From Pseudidiomarina andamanensis (lineage in GTDB: Bacteria > Pseudomonadota > Gammaproteobacteria > Enterobacterales > Alteromonadaceae), in contig NZ_CP032551.1 of NCBI RefSeq assembly GCF_009734345.1, forward strand, positions 2,310,001 to 2,342,000: DNA of 32,000 nucleotides, given 5' to 3'. A program made the translations under genes and the position numbers. Below the pieces are notes generated by a model. That model saw only the letters and a program-made list of their open reading frames with translations, made no database searches and was not told where the DNA came from. How positions within the stretch are numbered: position 1 is the first letter of the stretch; every line of letters starts with the position of its first letter. Below are positions 27,988 through 32,000 of the stretch, one piece after another.

Positions 27988-28746
27988 TTACAAGCGCGGC
28001 GTTCGACGTCGCGCTTTTTTGTTATCAAAATACAAACCAACCTGATGCTTCAAACGGCGCCATCCACTTTTGCGAACATCATGTCTGTTCTCGACGGCAA
28101 ATATTTCACTGCCATGCTGGTGCGTGTTATCCACTGTGTAAGGCACCAACCCGAACGTTCGAATGCCAAGTTCAAACGACCACTGAAGATCAACGTCAAC
28201 AGGTCTGAAAATCGGTGGACGCAAACGCAACAGCTGACGTGCGCCGGCATAACTAATTGCTTGAGCACAAGCCCCCATTGGTGGTTTGCGTCGATAATGA
28301 ACCACGTTAAGTTGCCGATCGGATTCAATGATGTCGTACGGTTGATCTTTAAATGGCGCCGCAAGCTTGATCACATCCCATGCATTCTCAAAGGCTGCAA
28401 TACGTTGCGGAACCTCAGCGAATAGGGCGTTAAAATTGATATCGTCCTCAAGCACAATGCCAAAATCGAGACCTTCATCAACAATACGCTGCCAAGCCTT
28501 AATATGGGAAAGATAACAAGCAATCTCGCCGCGAGTTAAACGGTAGTGGAAATATTTATCCGCGAGCGCAGTCGAAAAAACCGTCTCAATTTCTGAGTCG
28601 GTCAGAACCTTGCCGTTTACGGCGTCAATACGCTCGTAGGGTAATTGAAGTTTATCGAGTTGCTGCGAAACATGCTGCCAACGCTCAGTTGAATGTGCCA
28701 AGTTAATGATAAATATCTTGAAGTTAGGCTGTTCAGACTGTTTCAC
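27988..28746 (-). CDS. Glycosyltransferase family 25 (LPS/LOS biosynthesis type)
   Basis: FKIFIINLAHSTERWQHVSQQL, ERIDAVNG, LTRGEIACYLSHIKAWQRIVD and VLEDDI fit the GT25 pattern. Confidence 0.8.
   Translation of the reverse strand: MKQSEQPNFKIFIINLAHSTERWQHVSQQLDKLQLPYERIDAVNGKVLTDSEIETVFSTALADKYFHYRLTRGEIACYLSHIKAWQRIVDEGLDFGIVLEDDINFNALFAEVPQRIAAFENAWDVIKLAAPFKDQPYDIIESDRQLNVVHYRRKPPMGACAQAISYAGARQLLRLRPPIFRPVDVDLQWSFELGIRTFGLVPYTVDNTHQHGSEIFAVENRHDVRKSGWRRLKHQVGLYFDNKKARRRTPRL
27992..28020 (+). terminator. Rho-independent terminator for the S9 peptidase gene, embedded in the 3' end of the convergent GT25 gene
   Basis: AAGCGCG-gcgttcgacgt-CGCGCTT is followed by TTTTT on the plus strand. 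On the minus strand the same bases encode the last ~10 residues (KKARRRTPRL) of the GT25 ORF. Confidence 0.6.
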
Positions 28747-28768
28747 AGTGCCCCCTTATGACATGTAA

Positions 28769-29554
28769 TTACTCATCTCTTGGCTCATCGTGCTGATGCC
28801 TTTGACGGTACTGCATTTCGTAAAGTTTCGCTTCGGTTAAGAAAAAATGAAATGCGTCGATGTTTGCCTTGATAAACCCTCGCCAGCCCGACCAGATCAT
28901 CTGCCTGCCGAGATAGAACTTCAAGAACATTAACGGAAAAATTACTAACAGCCGAGGCAAACTGCAGGGGCGACCTTGCTCCATACGTTGCTCGGCTTTA
29001 AGTTTCGAATACTTATTGAGCTTATCCATATAGCCGTGGGCTGAGTCGTACCCATAATGCTTCAAATAAATTGGCAAATAGCCTGTCGGTTCATCTACTT
29101 GAATGTGTTCGTGCACTAATACCGAGGTATCCATTCGGCTACGATCTTTACGGTACACGCGACGGTATTTGTGATGCCGCGCCTTGTTTAAGCTTTGGCC
29201 CATAAAGATATCATCGTGGTGAATCCAAATACCGTTAATATCGCCCTCGGCAATACGCTCACGAATCATTTGCAAGCCACCCTCCGGCAGTACTTCATCA
29301 CCATCGAGGTTCAGTACCCAGTTGTGCGTGCACTGCTCAATACCAAAAGCTTTTTGCTTCGCATAACCAGGCCAGTCATTGTGAACAATTCGAGCACCGT
29401 GCTTTTTGGCGATTTCCAACGTAGCGTCCGTTGATCCTGAATCGATAATGACAATCTCTTCAACGCCACGAACACTCTCAAGAACCTCATCTAAATGCTC
29501 GGCTTCGTTGAGCGTAATCACAAACACACTCATTGGCGGGTAGGGCTTACTCAT
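28769..29554 (-). CDS. Glycosyltransferase family 2 (LPS core type)
   Basis: The start is taken at MSKPYPPMSVFVITLNE (CAT at 29552-29554). IIDSGSTDAT and NLDGDE (the DxD motif) are present. The 67-codon track extension would overlap ung and is rejected. Confidence 0.8.
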   Translation of the reverse strand: MSKPYPPMSVFVITLNEAEHLDEVLESVRGVEEIVIIDSGSTDATLEIAKKHGARIVHNDWPGYAKQKAFGIEQCTHNWVLNLDGDEVLPEGGLQMIRERIAEGDINGIWIHHDDIFMGQSLNKARHHKYRRVYRKDRSRMDTSVLVHEHIQVDEPTGYLPIYLKHYGYDSAHGYMDKLNKYSKLKAEQRMEQGRPCSLPRLLVIFPLMFLKFYLGRQMIWSGWRGFIKANIDAFHFFLTEAKLYEMQYRQRHQHDEPRDE

Positions 29555-29644
29555 GAAATGCTCTCTTTTGTTGGTATCACAATTCATCTCGATGTTAGGA
29601 TATCGAGTAGATAGTGGCACAATAATACAAAGGTTAGCCCATAA

Positions 29645-30310
29645 ATGACAGCACAGGCATTCAGCTGGAGCGACCTGCTCGGCGATGAAAAGAATCAACC
29701 GTATTTTCTTGAGCTCATGCAGCGGGTACAGTGCGAACGCAATGCGGGTAAACAAATTTATCCACCAAGCGACCAGGTATTTCAGGCATTTAAACTGACT
29801 GCGCTAGCTGATTTGAAGGTTGTGATACTCGGTCAAGACCCATATCACGGCCCAGGCCAAGCTCATGGCTTATGTTTTTCAGTACCAGCTGGGGTGAAGC
29901 ACCCGCCGTCACTGCGTAATATCTTCAAAGCCATTCAGCACGATTATCCTGATTTTCAGATACCTGAGTCAGGTAATTTAGAACACTGGGCGCAGCAAGG
30001 CGTGCTGCTGTTAAATACGGTGTTGACGGTGGAGCAGGGCAAAGCTCACTCACATGCAAGTTGGGGATGGGAAACTTTCACCGATAAAGTGGTTGAACAA
30101 ATTAACCAGCATTGCGAAGGTATCGTGTTCTTGTTGTGGGGTGCGCATGCACAAAAGAAAGGCGCGTTGATTAATCGCAAGCGCCATCATGTTTTAGAGA
30201 CGGTGCATCCGTCGCCGTTATCGGCGCATCGCGGCTTTCTCACCGCTGGCCACTTCCGCCAAACCAACCAACTGCTCACGCAGCAAGGCAAAAGCGTTAT
30301 TCGTTTTTAG
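29645..30310 (+). CDS. ung: Uracil-DNA glycosylase
   Basis: [31 protein letters not shown] and HPSPLSA are present in a 221-aa protein. The last about 5 codons (VIRF-stop) lie inside the left arm of repeat copy h. Confidence 0.93.
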   Translation: MTAQAFSWSDLLGDEKNQPYFLELMQRVQCERNAGKQIYPPSDQVFQAFKLTALADLKVVILGQDPYHGPGQAHGLCFSVPAGVKHPPSLRNIFKAIQHDYPDFQIPESGNLEHWAQQGVLLLNTVLTVEQGKAHSHASWGWETFTDKVVEQINQHCEGIVFLLWGAHAQKKGALINRKRHHVLETVHPSPLSAHRGFLTAGHFRQTNQLLTQQGKSVIRF

Positions 30311-30389
30311 TTATTCGTTACTCGTTATTCGAGGGTCTCGATTTTCGCTTTTGGTTTATCGAATAACCAATAACGAGTAACGAACAACG
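30296..30389. repeat. Heptamer-armed hairpin element, copy h
   Basis: The left arm is GTTATTC GTTTTTA GTTATTC GTTACTC GTTATTC (30296-30330). The short core is AGGGTCTCGATTTTCGCTTTTGGTTTAT. The right arm is GAATAAC CAATAAC GAGTAAC GAACAAC (30361-30388). Confidence 0.9.
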
Positions 30390-30392
30390 CTT

Positions 30393-30560
30393 TTACAGGT
30401 CTAATTCGTCGAGTTCGGCATCGAATTCAAAATCGATATCTTGGAGTTCGTCGCGTAACCGATACTTTTCTTTCAGCATCTCAATTTCACGCCACTTACG
30501 AGGGGCTGCTTTCTTGCTAGACTTAGATTCAACTTGCTTTAGCTCTTCTGAATGATCCAT
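30393..30560 (-). CDS. Small acidic protein (55 aa), possibly DUF3545-like; not in the supplied ORF track
   Basis: The reverse complement reads MDHSEELKQVESKSSKKAAPRKWREIEMLKEKYRLRDELQDIDFEFDAELDELDL-stop. The ATG is preceded by GGAGGATCCA, a strong SD. The basic KWREIE segment followed by an acidic tail resembles small conserved gammaproteobacterial proteins. Confidence 0.55.
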   Translation of the reverse strand: MDHSEELKQVESKSSKKAAPRKWREIEMLKEKYRLRDELQDIDFEFDAELDELDL

Positions 30561-30660
30561 TGGATCCTCCGGCTTTTATTGTGTTGTTGTTCTAATTTTG
30601 TGCCTGTTTTTTTGCATAGCGCAACATGGTTATAACACGAGCTGTTTGAAAAGTGAACAC

Positions 30661-30689
30661 TTGCTTAACTGCCTCATTCTACGTATAAT
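30661..30689 (+). promoter_or_regulatory. Candidate sigma-70 promoter for suhB
   Basis: TTGCTT (30661-30666) is separated by 17 nt from TATAAT (30684-30689), which lies 42 nt upstream of the suhB ATG. Confidence 0.5.
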
Positions 30690-30731
30690 CCGCGCCCACA
30701 AAATTGTTCTTTCACAGCACAGGTAATTGGT

Positions 30732-31532
30732 ATGCATCCGATGTTAAACATAGCGGTGCGCGCAGCGCGTGCGGCCGGTAAAATTTTAGTCAAAAACTTT
30801 GGCGTAGAAGTTGACCTTAACGTTCAAACGAAAAGCCAAAACGATTTCGTCACCGAAATTGATAAATCGGCTGAAAGTGCCATCATTCGCACCATTCAAA
30901 AAGCCTACCCAGATCACTCTTTCTTAGCAGAAGAAAGTGGTGAAGTGGTTGGCAAAGACAGCGACCATCAGTGGATTATTGACCCACTTGACGGTACCAC
31001 CAATTACCTGCGCGGTATTCCTCATTTTGCCGTATCTATCGCTTACCTATTTAAAGGTGTTGTGCACGCAGCCGTCGTTTATGATCCGCTGCGCGAAGAA
31101 CTATTTACCGCAACCAAAGGCCAAGGTGCACAGCTAAACGGCAAGCGTTTACGCGTAACCAAACAACGCGACTTGAACGGTGCTTTACTAGCCACCGGTT
31201 TCCCATTCAAACGTAAAGACATGACCAAAGATTATCTCGCGGTGTTTGCAGCGTTATTCGAACACACAGCTGATATGCGTCGTGACGGCTCTGCAGCTCT
31301 AGACCTTGCATATGTTGCTACCGGCCGTATCGATGGTTTCTGGGAATTCAGCCTCAAACCATGGGATATTGCAGGCGGTCAATTAATCGTGCGTGAAGCG
31401 GGCGGTATCGTCACAGATTTCGCTGGCGGTCATGGCTTTATGCGCAACGGTCACGTGGTAGCAGGTAATCCGAAGGTAGTGCAGCATTTGCTAACCAAAG
31501 CGCGCCCGCACTTACCTGAAAGCTTGAAGTAA
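30732..31532 (+). CDS. suhB: Inositol-1-monophosphatase family protein SuhB
   Basis: MHPMLNIAVRAARAAG, FLAEESG, WIIDPLDGTTNY and WDIAGGQLIVREAGG are present. Confidence 0.92.
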   Translation: MHPMLNIAVRAARAAGKILVKNFGVEVDLNVQTKSQNDFVTEIDKSAESAIIRTIQKAYPDHSFLAEESGEVVGKDSDHQWIIDPLDGTTNYLRGIPHFAVSIAYLFKGVVHAAVVYDPLREELFTATKGQGAQLNGKRLRVTKQRDLNGALLATGFPFKRKDMTKDYLAVFAALFEHTADMRRDGSAALDLAYVATGRIDGFWEFSLKPWDIAGGQLIVREAGGIVTDFAGGHGFMRNGHVVAGNPKVVQHLLTKARPHLPESLK

Positions 31533-31534
31533 AA

Positions 31535-31675
31535 CGTTACTCGTTATTCGTTATTGGTTATTTGTTGACGGCGGTAGCGAATAGCCAAGAATTCCGCGCA
31601 GCACCGGAGCAAAATTCGGAGCTGCGCGTAACAGCAAAAGAAGCCACGAATAACGAATAACCAATAACGAACAAC
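31535..31675. repeat. Heptamer-armed hairpin element, copy i
   Basis: The left arm is GTTACTC GTTATTC GTTATTG GTTATTT (31535-31562). The core holds an imperfect hairpin GCGCAGC...GCTGCGC. The right arm is GAATAAC GAATAAC CAATAAC GAACAAC (31647-31674). Confidence 0.9.
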
Positions 31676-31694
31676 GCAGTTAAAGGTTTAAACC

Positions 31695-32000
31695 ATGCTG
31701 GAAAGAATTCGAATTGTTTTAGTCAACACCAGCCACACCGGCAACATCGGCTCAGTAGCCCGCGCCATGAAAACCATGGGGCTGAGCGAACTGTATCTGG
31801 TTGATCCTGTGCAGGAACCAGACAGTCATGCATCGGCACTCGCAGCCGGTGCTACTGATGTGTTGTACAACGCGAAAATCGTATCCACCTTGAGCGAAGC
31901 CATCGGTGATTGTGGTTTGGTGGTTGGCACCAGTGCCCGCAATCGTACCTTAGACTGGCCGTTGTTAGGCCCGCGCGAAGCGGCAGCGAAAGTCTTGGCA
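31695..32000 (+). CDS. trmJ: tRNA (cytidine/uridine-2'-O-)-methyltransferase TrmJ, N-terminal part; runs off the right edge
   Basis: [30 protein letters not shown]...LVGTSAR is the SpoU/TrmJ N-terminal signature. The ORF stays open to the window end. Confidence 0.85.
   Translation, partial: MLERIRIVLVNTSHTGNIGSVARAMKTMGLSELYLVDPVQEPDSHASALAAGATDVLYNAKIVSTLSEAIGDCGLVVGTSARNRTLDWPLLGPREAAAKVLA

Noticed and set aside
29590-29615. Small inverted repeat CTCGAT-N8-ATCGAG upstream of ung, considered as an operator
   Set aside because: The stem is only 6 bp with no supporting context. Chance occurrence is likely.
1-32000. tRNA, rRNA, riboswitch, IS element, prophage or integron features
   Set aside because: I scanned the intergenic regions by eye. 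I saw no cloverleaf-compatible sequence, rRNA-like stretch, transposase or integrase ORF, or terminal inverted repeats beyond the heptamer family. A covariance-model scan is needed to be definitive.

Overview
The window looks like chromosomal DNA from a marine gammaproteobacterium, probably Alteromonadales-like. That guess rests on gene content and synteny only, so it is low confidence. Most of the window is housekeeping. It contains a PfkB kinase fragment, folE2, an ArcA-like response regulator flanked by a stand-alone Hpt protein and a sensor kinase, and rsmC. It also contains a rimK operon (retropepsin-like protein, RimK, M14 deacylase) and the conserved mutH / rppH-ptsP-(TSUP permease)-lgt-thyA block. 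Further right are tcdA/csdE, etfBA, three exported proteins (Ca-binding-repeat protein, DUF1302 outer-membrane protein, S9 peptidase), two LPS-type glycosyltransferases, ung, a small ORF absent from the track, suhB and the start of trmJ. I found no rRNA, tRNA, CRISPR array, transposase or integrase.

Two things are not ordinary:
1. A very dense family of intergenic hairpin elements. Their arms are tandem 7-bp units, GTTATTC-type on the left and GAATAAC-type on the right. There are eight hairpin copies plus one pure 12-unit array in 32 kb. Some copies supply stop codons, C-terminal residues, Shine-Dalgarno sequences or terminators to neighbouring genes.
2. An accessory segment between thyA and tcdA (about 14930-19505). 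It holds an AT-rich ORF-less stretch, the perfect 12x heptamer array abutting a hipB-hipA toxin-antitoxin pair, and a translationally coupled pair of orphan genes (a 601-aa four-TM protein and an exported SH3b protein).

I consider this segment, together with the repeat family, the best candidate for undescribed biology in the window. All functional calls come from reading the supplied translations and sequence by eye; no database searches were run.
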